Below, piece after piece: positions 1 through 12,938 of a stretch of DNA of 64,000 bases. The notes below the pieces were generated by a model. That model was given only the letters and a program-made list of their open reading frames with translations, was not told where the DNA came from and made no database searches. The first letter of the stretch is position 1. Every line of letters starts with the position of its first letter. Both the position numbers and the translations under genes were made by a program. The stretch comes from Auanema rhodensis (Eukaryota > Animalia > Nematoda). The stretch spans positions 17,422,001 to 17,486,000 of the forward strand of contig OZ059898.1 in assembly GCA_964057225.1 (NCBI GenBank), read 5' to 3'.

Positions 1-10
1 TATTTTGAAA

Positions 11-22
11 TTTTTCGAAAAA
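11..22. other. 12-bp perfect palindrome TTTTTCGAAAAA (in most monomers)
   Basis: Self-complementary; imperfectly extendable by AAA(8-10)/TTT(24-26) and TTTTGA(3-8)/TCAAAA(30-35). Confidence 0.9.
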
Positions 23-49
23 ATTTTTGTCAAAATGTTTTTGGAAGCA

Positions 50-77
50 ATGTTGAGTGAACATGGAAACTCAACAT
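50..77. other. Inverted repeat, 9-bp stem and 10-nt loop (in most full-length monomers)
   Basis: ATGTTGAGT (50-58) is the reverse complement of ACTCAACAT (69-77). Confidence 0.92.
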
Positions 78-160
78 ACACTAATGCATCATTTTTCAAA
101 CAATCATAACTAATTTTTGTATTAAGCGTTTCTCAATGTAGTATAGTGCATTTGATGCGG

Positions 161-211
161 ATTTTTAAGCTGCGTCGATCTGTGTTATCAGATTTGCGCT
201 AGCTTAAAAAT
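161..211. other. Long imperfect inverted repeat, ~51 nt (in essentially every monomer)
   Basis: ATTTTTAAGCT(161-171)/AGCTTAAAAAT(201-211); GCG(172-174)/CGC(197-199); ATCTG(178-182)/CAGAT(189-193); 6-nt loop TGTTAT. Confidence 0.93.
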
Positions 212-228
212 GCACCGAGATATCAACT

Positions 229-250
229 GATATAAGATCACACTTATATC
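229..250. other. Inverted repeat, 8-9-bp stem with short loop (in essentially every monomer)
   Basis: GATATAAG(T) / (A)CTTATATC; overlaps an alternative dyad ATATCA-AC-TGATAT (220-233). Confidence 0.92.
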
Positions 251-2808
251 CTCGATTTTCACCCTGAAGAATTAATTTTTTCGTTGAATAACATTGTCCA
301 TCGTCTTTGCCTTGAAAAAAGGAATCTAAAAACATTTACTTTTTGCTAAATTATTCTGAAATTTTTCGAAAAAATTTCTGTCAAAATGTTTTTGGAAGCA
401 ATGTTGAGTGTACATGGAAACTCAACATACACTAATGCATCATTTTTCAAACGATCATAACTAATTTTTGTATTAAGCGTTTCTCAATGTAGTATAGTGC
501 ATTCGATGCGGATTTTTAAGCTGCGTCGATCTGTGTTATCAGATTTGCGCTAGCTTAAAAATGCACCGAGATATCAACTGATATAAGTTCACACTTATAT
601 CCTCGATTTTCACCCTGAAGAATTAATTTTTTCGTTGAATAACATTATCCATCGTCTTTGCCTTGAAAAAAGGAATCTAAAAACATCTACTTTTTGCTAA
701 ATTATTTTGAAATTTTTCGAAAAAATTTTTGTCAAAATGTTTTTGGAAGCAATGTTGAGTGAACATGGAAACTCAACATACACTAATGCATCATTTTTCA
801 AACAATCATAACTAATTTTTGTATTAAGCGTTTCTCAATGTAGTATAGTGCATTTGATGCGGATTTTTAAGCTGCGTCGATCTGTGTTATCAGATTTGCG
901 CTAGCTTAAAAATGCACCGAGATATCAACTGATATAAGTTCACACTTATATCCTCGATTTTCACCCTGAAGAATTAATTTTTTCGTTGAATAACATTGTC
1001 CATCGTCTTTGCCTTGAAAAAAGGAATCTAAAAACATTTACTTTTTGCTAAATTATTCTGAAATTTTTCGAAAAAATTTCTGTCAAAATGTTTTTGGAAG
1101 CAATCTTGAGTGTACATGGAAACTCAACATACACTAATGCATCATTTTTCAAACGATCATAACTAATTTTTGTATTAAGCGTTTCTCAATGTAGTATAGT
1201 GCATTCGATGCGGATTTTTAAGCTGCGTCGATCTGTGTTATCAGATTTGCGCTAGCTTAAAAATGCACCGAGATATCAACTGATATAAGTTCACACTTAT
1301 ATCCTCGATTTTCACCCTGAAGAATTGATTTTTTCGTTGAATAACATTGTCCATCGTCTTTGCCTTGAAAAAAGGAATCTAAAAACATTTACTTTTTGCT
1401 AAATTATTCTGAAATTTTTCGAAAAAATTTCTGTCAAAATGTTTTTGGAAGCAATCTTGAGTGTACATGGAAACTCAACATACACTAATGCATCATTTTT
1501 CAAACGATCATAACTAATTTTTGTATTAAGCGTTTCTCAATGTAGTATAGTGCATTCGATGCGGATTTTTAAGCTGCGTCGATCTGTGTTATCAGATTTG
1601 CGCTAGCTTAAAAATGCACCGAGATATCAACTGATATAAGTTCACACTTATATCCTCGATTTTCACCCTGAAGAATTGATTTTTTCGTTGAATAACATTG
1701 TCCATCGTCTTTGCCTTGAAAAAAGGAATCTAAAAACATTTACTTTTTGCTAAATTATTCTGAAATTTTTCGAAAAAATTTTTGTCAAAATGTTTTTGGA
1801 AGCAATGTTGAGTGTACATGGAAACTCAACATACACTAATGCATCATTTTTCAAACGATCATAACTAATTTTTGTATTAAGCGTTTCTCAATGTAGTATA
1901 GTGCATTTGATGCGGATTTTTAAGCTGCGTCGATCTGTGTTATCAGATTTGCGCTAGCTTAAAAATGCACCGAGATATCAACTGATATAAGTTCACACTT
2001 ATATCCTCGATTTTCACCCTGAAGAATTGATTTTTTCGTTGAATAACATTGTCCATCGTCTTTGCCTTGAAAAAAGGAATCTAAAAACAATTACTTTTTG
2101 CTAAATTATTCTGAAATTTTTCGAAAAAATTTTTGTCAAAATGTTTTTGGAAGCAATGTTGAGTGTACATGGAAACTCAACATACACTAATGCATCATTT
2201 TTCAAACGATCATAACTAATTTTTGTATTAAGCGTTTCTCAATGTAGTATAGTGCATTCGATGCGGATTTTTAAGCTGCGTCGATCTGTGTTATCAGATT
2301 TGCGCTAGCTTAAAAATGCACCGAGATATCAACTGATATAAGTTCACACTTATATCCTCGATTTTCACCCTGAAGAATTAATTTTTTCGTTGAATAACAT
2401 TGTCCATCGTCTTTGCCTTGAAAAAAGGAATCTAAAAACATCTACTCTTTGCTAAATTATTTTGAAATTTTTCGAAAAAATTTTTGTCAAAATGTTTTTG
2501 GAAGCAATGTTGAGTGAACATGGAAACTCAACATACACTAATGCATCATTTTTCAAACAATCATAACTAATTTTTGTATTAAGCGTTTCTCAATGTAGTA
2601 TAGTGCATTTGATGCGGATTTTTAAGCTGCGTCGATCTGTGTTATCAGATTTGCGCTAGCTTAAAAATGCACCGAGATATCAACTGATATAAGTTCACAC
2701 TTATATCCTCGATTTTCACCCTGAAGAATTAATTTTTTCGTTGAATAACATTGTCCATCGTCTTTGCCTTGAAAAAAGGAATCTAAAAACATTTACTTTT
2801 TGCTAAAT

Positions 2809-5800
2809 TATTCTGAAATTTTTCGAAAAAATTTCTGTCAAAATGTTTTTGGAAGCAATCTTGAGTGTACATGGAAACTCAACATACACTAATGCATCAT
2901 TTTTCAAACGATCATAACTAATTTTTGTATTAAGCGTTTCTCAATGTAGTATAGTGCATTCGATGCGGATTTTTAAGCTGCGTCGATCTGTGTTATCAGA
3001 TTTGCGCTAGCTTAAAAATGCACCGAGATATCAACTGATATAAGTTCACACTTATATCCTCGATTTTCACCCTGAAGAATTGATTTTTTCGTTGAATAAC
3101 ATTGTCCATCGTCTTTGCCTTGAAAAAAGGAATCTAAAAACATTTACTTTTTGCTAAATTATTCTGAAATTTTTCGAAAAAATTTTTGTCAAAATGTTTT
3201 TGGAAGCAATGTTGAGTGTACATGGAAACTCAACATACACTAATGCATCATTTTTCAAACGATCATAACTAATTTTTGTATTAAGCGTTTCTCAATGTAG
3301 TATAGTGCATTTGATGCGGATTTTTAAGCTGCGTCGATCTGTGTTATCAGATTTGCGCTAGCTTAAAAATGCACCGAGATATCAACTGATATAAGTTCAC
3401 ACTTATATCCTCGATTTTCACCCTGAAGAATTGATTTTTTCGTTGAATAACATTGTCCATCGTCTTTGCCTTAAAAAAAGGAATCTAAAAACAATTACTT
3501 TTTGCTAAATTATTCTGAAATTTTTCGAAAAAATTTTTGTCAAAATGTTTTTGGAAGCAATGTTGAGTGTACATGGAAACTCAACATACACTAATGCATC
3601 ATTTTTCAAACGATCATAACTAATTTTTGTATTAAGCGTTTCTCAATGTAGTATAGTGCATTTGATGCGGATTTTCAAGCTGCGTCGATCTGTGTTATCA
3701 GATTTGCGCTAGCTTAAAAATGCACCGAGATATCAACTGATATAAGTTCACACTTATATCCTCGATTTTCACCCTGAAGAAACAATTTTTTCGTTGAATA
3801 ACATTGTCCATCGTCTTTGCCTTGAGAAAAGGAATCTAAAAACATCTACTTTTTGCTAAATTATTTTGAAGTTTTTCGAAAAAATTTTTGTCAAAATGTT
3901 TTTGGAAGCAATGTTGAGTGTACATGGAAACTCAACATACACTAATGCATCATTTTTCAAACGATCATAACTAATTTTTGTATTAAGCGTTTCTCAATGT
4001 AGTATAGTGCATTCGATGCGGATTTTTAAGCTGCGTCGATCTGTGTTATCAGATTTGCGCTAGCTTAAAAATGCACCGAGATATCAACTGATATAAGTTC
4101 ACACTTATATCCTCGATTTTCACCCTGAAGAATTAATTTTTTCGTTGAATAACATTGTCCATCGTCTTTGCCTTGAAAAAAGGAATCTAAAAACATTTAC
4201 TTTTTGCTAAATTATTCTGAAATTTTTCGAAAAAATTTTTGTCAAAATGTTTTTGGAAGCAATGTTGAGTGTACATGGAAACTCAACATACACTAATGCA
4301 CCATTTTTCAAACGATCATAACTAATTTTTGTATTAAGCGTTTCTCAATGTAGTATAATGCATTCGATGCGGATTTTTAAGCTGCGTCGATCTGTGTTAT
4401 CAGATTTGCGCTAGCTTAAAAATGCACCGAGATATCAACTGATATAAGTTCACACTTATATCCTCGATTTTCACCCTGAAGAATTAATTTTTTCGTTGAA
4501 TAACATTGTCCATCGTCTTTGCCTTGAAAAAAGGAATCTAAAAACATTTACTTTTTGCTAAATTATTCTGAAATTTTTCGAAAAAATTTTTGTCAAAATG
4601 TTTTTGGAAGCAATGTTGAGTGTACATGGAAACTCAACATACACTAATGCACCATTTTTCAAACGATCATAACTAATTTTTGTATCAAGCGTTTCTCAAT
4701 GTAGTATAGTGCATTCGATGCGGATTTTTAAGCTGCGTCGATCTGTGTTATCAGATTTGCGCTAGCTTAAAAATGCACCGAGATATCAACTGATATAAGT
4801 TCACACTTATATCCTCGATTTTCACCCTGAAGAAATAATTTTTTCGTTGAATAACATTGTCCATCGTCTTTGCCTTGAGAAAAGGAATCTAAAAACATCT
4901 ACTTTTTGCTAAATTATTTTGAAGTTTTTCGAAAAAATTTTTGTCAAAATGTTTTTGGAAGCAATGTTGAGTGTACATGGAAACTCAACATACACTAATG
5001 CATCATTTTTCAAACGATCATAACTAATTTTTGTATTAAGCGTTTCTCAATGTAGTATAGTGCATTCGATGCGGATTTTTAAGCTGCGTCGATCTGTGTT
5101 ATCAGATTTGCGCTAGCTTAAAAATGCACCGAGATATCAACTGATATAAGTTCACACTTATATCCTCGATTTTCACCCTGAAGAATTGATTTTTTCGTTG
5201 AATAACATTGTCCATCGTCTTTGCCTTGAAAAAAGGAATCTAAAAACATTTACTTTTTGCTAAATTATTCTGAAATTTTTCGAAAAAATTTCTGTCAAAA
5301 TGTTTTTGGAAGCAATCTTGAGTGTACATGGAAACTCAACATACACTAATGCATCATTTTTCAAACGATCATAACTAATTTTTGTATTAAGCGTTTCTCA
5401 ATGTAGTATAGTGCATTCGATGCGGATTTTTAAGCTGCGTCGATCTGTGTTATCAGATTTGCGCTAGCTTAAAAATGCACCGAGATATCAACTGATATAA
5501 GTTCACACTTATATCCTCGATTTTCACCCTGAAGAATTGATTTTTTCGTTGAATAACATTGTCCATCGTCTTTGCCTTGAAAAAAGGAATCTAAAAACAT
5601 TTACTTTTTGCTAAATTATTCTGAAATTTTTCGAAAAAATTTTTGTCAAAATGTTTTTGGAAGCAATGTTGAGTGTACATGGAAACTCAACATACACTAA
5701 TGCATCATTTTTCAAACGATCATAACTAATTTTTGTATTAAGCGTTTCTCAATGTAGTATAGTGCATTTGATGCGGATTTTTAAGCTGCGTCGATCTGTG

Positions 5801-7640
5801 TTATCAGATTTGCGCTAGCTTAAAAATGCACCGAGATATCAACTGATATAAGTTCACACTTATATCCTCGATTTTCACCCTGAAGAATTGATTTTTTCGT
5901 TGAATAACATTGTCCATCGTCTTTGCCTTAAAAAAAGGAATCTAAAAACAATTACTTTTTGCTAAATTATTCTGAAATTTTTCGAAAAAATTTTTGTCAA
6001 AATGTTTTTGGAAGCAATGTTGAGTGTACATGGAAACTCAACATACACTAATGCATCATTTTTCAAACGATCATAACTAATTTTTGTATTAAGCGTTTCT
6101 CAATGTAGTATAGTGCATTTGATGCGGATTTTCAAGCTGCGTCGATCTGTGTTATCAGATTTGCGCTAGCTTAAAAATGCACCGAGATATCAACTGATAT
6201 AAGTTCACACTTATATCCTCGATTTTCACCCTGAAGAAACAATTTTTTCGTTGAATAACATTGTCCATCGTCTTTGCCTTGAGAAAAGGAATCTAAAAAC
6301 ATCTACTTTTTGCTAAATTATTTTGAAGTTTTTCGAAAAAATTTTTGTCAAAATGTTTTTGGAAGCAATGTTGAGTGTACATGGAAACTCAACATACACT
6401 AATGCATCATTTTTCAAACGATCATAACTAATTTTTGTATTAAGCGTTTCTCAATGTAGTATAGTGCATTCGATGCGGATTTTTAAGCTGCGTCGATCTG
6501 TGTTATCAGATTTGCGCTAGCTTAAAAATGCACCGAGATATCAACTGATATAAGTTCACACTTATATCCTCGATTTTCACCCTGAAGAATTAATTTTTTC
6601 GTTGAATAACATTGTCCATCGTCTTTGCCTTGAAAAAAGGAATCTAAAAACATTTACTTTTTGCTAAATTATTCTGAAATTTTTCGAAAAAATTTTTGTC
6701 AAAATGTTTTTGGAAGCAATGTTGAGTGTACATGGAAACTCAACATACACTAATGCACCATTTTTCAAACGATCATAACTAATTTTTGTATTAAGCGTTT
6801 CTCAATGTAGTATAATGCATTCGATGCGGATTTTTAAGCTGCGTCGATCTGTGTTATCAGATTTGCGCTAGCTTAAAAATGCACCGAGATATCAACTGAT
6901 ATAAGTTCACACTTATATCCTCGATTTTCACCCTGAAGAATTAATTTTTTCGTTGAATAACATTGTCCATCGTCTTTGCCTTGAAAAAAGGAATCTAAAA
7001 ACATTTACTTTTTGCTAAATTATTCTGAAATTTTTCGAAAAAATTTTTGTCAAAATGTTTTTGGAAGCAATGTTGAGTGTACATGGAAACTCAACATACA
7101 CTAATGCACCATTTTTCAAACGATCATAACTAATTTTTGTATCAAGCGTTTCTCAATGTAGTATAGTGCATTCGATGCGGATTTTTAAGCTGCGTCGATC
7201 TGTGTTATCAGATTTGCGCTAGCTTAAAAATGCACCGAGATATCAACTGATATAAGTTCACACTTATATCCTCGATTTTCACCCTGAAGAAATAATTTTT
7301 TCGTTGAATAACATTGTCCATCGTCTTTGCCTTGAGAAAAGGAATCTAAAAACATCTACTTTTTGCTAAATTATTTTGAAGTTTTTCGAAAAAATTTTTG
7401 TCAAAATGTTTTTGGAAGCAATGTTGAGTGTACATGGAAACTCAACATACACTAATGCATCATTTTTCAAACGATCATAACTAATTTTTGTATTAAGCGT
7501 TTCTCAATGTAGTATAGTGCATTCGATGCGGATTTTTAAGCTGCGTCGATCTGTGTTATCAGATTTGCGCTAGCTTAAAAATGCACCGAGATATCAACTG
7601 ATATAAGTTCACACTTATATCCTCGATTTTCACCCTGAAG
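2809..7640. repeat. 7-monomer (2457-bp) tandem duplication, M9-15 / M16-22
   Basis: Rare CCTTAAAA variant at 3473 and 5930 (2457 apart); same order of monomer types. End coordinate approximate. Confidence 0.85.
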
Positions 7641-8424
7641 AATTAATTTTTTCGTTGAATAACATTGTCCATCGTCTTTGCCTTGAAAAAAGGAATCTAA
7701 AAACATTTACTTTTTGCTAAATTATTCTGAAATTTTTCGAAAAAATTTTTGTCAAAATGTTTTTGGAAGCAATGTTGAGTGTACATGGAAACTCAACATA
7801 CACTAATGCACCATTTTTCAAACGATCATAACTAATTTTTGTATTAAGCGTTTCTCAATGTAGTATAATGCATTCGATGCGGATTTTTAAGCTGCGTCGA
7901 TCTGTGTTATCAGATTTGCGCTAGCTTAAAAATGCACCGAGATATCAACTGATATAAGTTCACACTTATATCCTCGATTTTCACCCTGAAGAATTAATTT
8001 TTTCGTTGAATAACATTGTCCATCGTCTTTGCCTTGAAAAAAGGAATCTAAAAACATTTACTTTTTGCTAAATTATTCTGAAATTTTTCGAAAAAATTTT
8101 TGTCAAAATGTTTTTGGAAGCAATGTTGAGTGTACATGGAAACTCAACATACACTAATGCACCATTTTTCAAACGATCATAACTAATTTTTGTATCAAGC
8201 GTTTCTCAATGTAGTATAGTGCATTCGATGCGGATTTTTAAGCTGCGTCGATCTGTGTTATCAGATTTGCGCTAGCTTAAAAATGCACCGAGATATCAAC
8301 TGATATAAGTTCACACTTATATCCTCGATTTTCACCCTGAAGAATTAATTTTTTCGTTGAATAACATTGTCCATCGTCTTTGCCTTGAAAAAAGGAATCT
8401 AAAAACATCTACTTTTTGCTAAAT

Positions 8425-8726
8425 TATTTTGAAATTTTTGGAAACTCAACATACACTAATGCATCATTTTTCAAACGATCATAACTAATTTTTGTATTAA
8501 GCGTTTCTCAATGTAGTATAGTGCATTCGATGCGGATTTTTAAGCTGCGTCGATCTGTGTTATCAGATTTGCGCTAGCTTAAAAATGCACCGAGATATCA
8601 ACTGATATAAGTTCACACTTATATCCTCGATTTTCACCCTGAAGAATTAATTTTTTCGTTGAATAACATTGTCCATCGTCTTTGCCTTGAAAAAAGGAAT
8701 CTAAAAACATCTACTTTTTGCTAAAT
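8425..8726. repeat. 302-bp deletion monomer M25 (lacks p16-64)
   Basis: Junction GAAATTTTT|GGAAACTCAAC at 8439/8440; next monomer starts at 8727. Confidence 0.97.
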
Positions 8727-11700
8727 TATTTTGAAATTTTTCGAAAAAATTTTTGTCAAAATGTTTTTGGAAGCAATGTTGAGTGAACATGGAAACTCAA
8801 CATACACTAATGCATCATTTTTCAAACAATCATAACTAATTTTTGTATTAAGCGTTTCTCAATGTAGTATAGTGCATTTGATGCGGATTTTTAAGCTGCG
8901 TCGATCTGTGTTATCAGATTTGCGCTAGCTTAAAAATGCACCGAGATATCAACTGATATAAGTTCACACTTATATCCTCGATTTTCACCCTGAAGAATTA
9001 ATTTTTTCGTTGAATAACATTGTCCATCGTCTTTGCCTTGAAAAAAGGAATCTAAAAACATTTACTTTTTGCTAAATTATTCTGAAATTTTTCGAAAAAA
9101 TTTCTGTCAAAATGTTTTTGGAAGCAATGTTGAGTATACATGGAAACTCAACATACACTAATGCATCATTTTTCAAACGATCATAACTAATTTTTGTATT
9201 AAGCGTTTCTCAATGTAGTATAGTGCATTCGATGCGGATTTTTAAGCTGCGTCGATCTGTGTTATCAGATTTGCGCTAGCTTAAAAATGCACCGAGATAT
9301 CAACTGATATAAGTTCACACTTATATCCTCGATTTTCACCCTGAAGAATTAATTTTTTCGTTGAATAACATTGTCCATCGTCTTTGCCTTGAAAAAAGGA
9401 ATCTAAAAACATCTACTTTTTGCTAAATTATTTTGAAATTTTTCGAAAAAATTTTTGTCAAAATGTTTTTGGAAGCAATGTTGTGTGTACATGGAAACTC
9501 AACATACACTAATGCATCATTTTTCAAACGACCATAACTAATTTTTGTATTAAGCGTTTCTCAATGTAGTATAGTGCATTCGATGCGGATTTTTAAGTTG
9601 CGTCGATCTGTGTTATCAGATTTGCGCTAGCTTAAAAATGCACCGAGACATCAACTGATATAAGTTCACACTTATATCCTCGATTTTCACCCTGAAGAAT
9701 TTATTTTTTCGTTGAATAACATTGTCCATCGTCTTTGCCTTGAAAAAAGGAATCTAAAAACATCTACTTTTTGCTAAATTATTCTGAAATTTTTCGAAAA
9801 AATTTCTGTCAAAATGTTTTTGGAAGCAATGTTGAGTGTACATGGAAACTCAACATACACTAATGCATCATTTTTCAAACGATCATAACTACTTTTTGTA
9901 TTAAGCGTTTCTCAATGTAGTATAATGCATTCGATGCGGATTTTTAAGCTGCGTCGATCTGTGTTATCAGATTTGCGCTAGCTTAAAAATGCACCGAGAT
10001 ATCAACTGATATAAGTTCACACTTATATCCTCGATTTTCACCCTGAAGAATTAATTTTTTCGTTGAATAACATTGTCCATCGTCTTTGCCTTGAAAAAAG
10101 GAATCTAAAAACATCTACTTTTTGCTAAATTATTTTGAAATTTTTCGAAAAAATTTTTGTCAAAATGTTTTTGGAAGCAATGTTGAGTGAACATGGAAAC
10201 TCAACATACACTAATGCATCATTTTTCAAACAATCATAACTAATTTTTGTATTAAGCGTTTCTCAATGTAGTATAGTGCATTTGATGCGGATTTTTAAGC
10301 TGCGTCGATCTGTGTTATCAGATTTGCGCTAGCTTAAAAATGCACCGAGATATCAACTGATATAAGTTCACACTTATATCCTCGATTTTCACCCTGAAGA
10401 ATTAATTTTTTCGTTGAATAACATTGTCCATCGTCTTTGCCTTGAAAAAAGGAATCTAAAAACATCTACTTTTTGCTAAATTATTCTGAAATTTTTTGAA
10501 AAAATTTTTGTCAAAATGTTTTTGGAAGCAATGTTGAGTGTACATGGAAACTCAACATACACTAATGCATCATTTTTCAAACGATCATAACTAATTTTTG
10601 TATTAAGCGTTTCTCAATGTAGTATAGTGCATTCGATGCGGATTTTTAAGCTGCGTCGATCTGTGTTATCAGATTTGCGCTAGCTTAAAAATGCACCGAG
10701 ATATCAACTGATATAAGTTCACACTTATATCCTCGATTTTCACCCTGAAGAATTAATTTTTTCGTTGAATAACATTGTCCATCGTCTTTGCCTTGAAAAA
10801 AGGAATCTAAAAACATCTACTTTTTGCTAAATTATTTTGAAATTTTTCGAAAAAATTTTTGTCAAAATGTTTTTGGAAGCAATGTTGAGTGAACATGGAA
10901 ACTCAACATACACTAATGCATCATTTTTCAAACAATCATAACTAATTTTTGTATTAAGCGTTTCTCAATGTAGTATAGTGCATTTGATGCGGATTTTTAA
11001 GCTGCGTCGATCTGTGTTATCAGATTTGCGCTAGCTTAAAAATGCACCGAGATATCAACTGATATAAGTTCACACTTATATCCTCGATTTTCACCCTGAA
11101 GAATTAATTTTTTCGTTGAATAACATTGTCCATCGTCTTTGCCTTGAAAAAAGGAATCTAAAAACATTTACTTTTTGCTAAATTATTCTGAAATTTTTCG
11201 AAAAAATTTCTGTCAAAATGTTTTTGGAAGCAATGTTGAGTATACATGGAAACTCAACATACACTAATGCATCATTTTTCAAACGATCATAACTAATTTT
11301 TGTATTAAGCGTTTCTCAATGTAGTATAGTGCATTCGATGCGGATTTTTAAGCTGCGTCGATCTGTGTTATCAGATTTGCGCTAGCTTAAAAATGCACCG
11401 AGATATCAACTGATATAAGTTCACACTTATATCCTCGATTTTCACCCTGAAGAATTAATTTTTTCGTTGAATAACATTGTCCATCGTCTTTGCCTTGAAA
11501 AAAGGAATCTAAAAACATCTACTTTTTGCTAAATTATTTTGAAATTTTTCGAAAAAATTTTTGTCAAAATGTTTTTGGAAGCAATGTTGTGTGTACATGG
11601 AAACTCAACATACACTAATGCATCATTTTTCAAACGACCATAACTAATTTTTGTATTAAGCGTTTCTCAATGTAGTATAGTGCATTCGATGCGGATTTTT

Positions 11701-12938
11701 AAGTTGCGTCGATCTGTGTTATCAGATTTGCGCTAGCTTAAAAATGCACCGAGACATCAACTGATATAAGTTCACACTTATATCCTCGATTTTCACCCTG
11801 AAGAATTTATTTTTTCGTTGAATAACATTGTCCATCGTCTTTGCCTTGAAAAAAGGAATCTAAAAACATCTACTTTTTGCTAAATTATTCTGAAATTTTT
11901 CGAAAAAATTTCTGTCAAAATGTTTTTGGAAGCAATGTTGAGTGTACATGGAAACTCAACATACACTAATGCATCATTTTTCAAACGATCATAACTAATT
12001 TTTGTATTAAGCGTTTCTCAATGTAGTATAATGCATTCGATGCGGATTTTTAAGCTGCGTCGATCTGTGTTATCAGATTTGCGCTAGCTTAAAAATGCAC
12101 CGAGATATCAACTGATATAAGTTCACACTTATATCCTCGATTTTCACCCTGAAGAATTAATTTTTTCGTTGAATAACATTGTCCATCGTCTTTGCCTTGA
12201 AAAAAGGAATCTAAAAACATCTACTTTTTGCTAAATTATTTTGAAATTTTTCGAAAAAATTTTTGTCAAAATGTTTTTGGAAGCAATGTTGAGTGAACAT
12301 GGAAACTCAACATACACTAATGCATCATTTTTCAAACAATCATAACTAATTTTTGTATTAAGCGTTTCTCAATGTAGTATAGTGCATTTGATGCGGATTT
12401 TTAAGCTGCGTCGATCTGTGTTATCAGATTTGCGCTAGCTTAAAAATGCACCGAGATATCAACTGATATAAGTTCACACTTATATCCTCGATTTTCACCC
12501 TGAAGAATTAATTTTTTCGTTGAATAACATTGTCCATCGTCTTTGCCTTGAAAAAAGGAATCTAAAAACATCTACTTTTTGCTAAATTATTCTGAAATTT
12601 TTTGAAAAAATTTTTGTCAAAATGTTTTTGGAAGCAATGTTGAGTGTACATGGAAACTCAACATACACTAATGCATCATTTTTCAAACGATCATAACTAA
12701 TTTTTGTATTAAGCGTTTCTCAATGTAGTATAGTGCATTCGATGCGGATTTTTAAGCTGCGTCGATCTGTGTTATCAGATTTGCGCTAGCTTAAAAATGC
12801 ACCGAGATATCAACTGATATAAGTTCACACTTATATCCTCGATTTTCACCCTGAAGAATTAATTTTTTCGTTGAATAACATTGTCCATCGTCTTTGCCTT
12901 GAAAAAAGGAATCTAAAAACATCTACTTTTTGCTAAAT
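8727..12938. repeat. 6-monomer (2106-bp) tandem duplication, M26-31 / M32-37
   Basis: GAGTATACA variant at 9136 and 11242; five-SNP monomer at 9429 and 11535. Confidence 0.9.

Larger units (their letters stand above)
1..351. repeat. Representative monomer M1 (351 bp, ~30.5% GC)
   Basis: Next copy starts at 352. Hand count gives 52 G and 55 C. M1 carries a private A at p237 where other copies have T. Confidence 0.98.

Noticed and set aside
172-203. Helitron-like 3' end (hairpin followed by CTAG)
   Set aside because: CTAG is part of the hairpin itself rather than ~10 bp downstream, and is followed by C, not T; no other Helitron features.
279-295. TTTCGTTGAA resembles the start of a CENP-B box
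   Set aside because: Only TTCG and the central A match the nTTCGnnnnAnnCGGGn core (5 of 9); CGGG is replaced by ACAT.
264-317. CTGAAGA matches the hammerhead core CUGANGA with a downstream GAAA, as in newt, schistosome and cricket satellite ribozymes
   Set aside because: No convincing stem II between the motifs and no complement (GGTG) for the stem I strand preceding CTGAAGA; no CUGANGA seen on the minus strand. An Infernal or RNAMotif search would settle it.
1-351. 351 = 117 codons, suggesting a giant tandem-repeat protein gene
   Set aside because: All six frames are closed in the monomer (+: TAA p82, TAA p107 and TAG p200, TGA p6; -: stops opposite CTA p199/TCA p223, TCA p71, TCA p30), and the 49-bp and 1-bp deletions would shift frame.
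1-351. Tandem RNA gene unit (5S rRNA, tRNA, snRNA, SL RNA)
   Set aside because: No recognisable conserved sequence, cloverleaf or pol III A/B boxes by eye; an Rfam search was not possible.
1-351. Monomer as a diverged dimer of ~175-bp units
   Set aside because: No visible similarity between the two halves; a sensitive self-alignment would be needed to exclude an ancient duplication.
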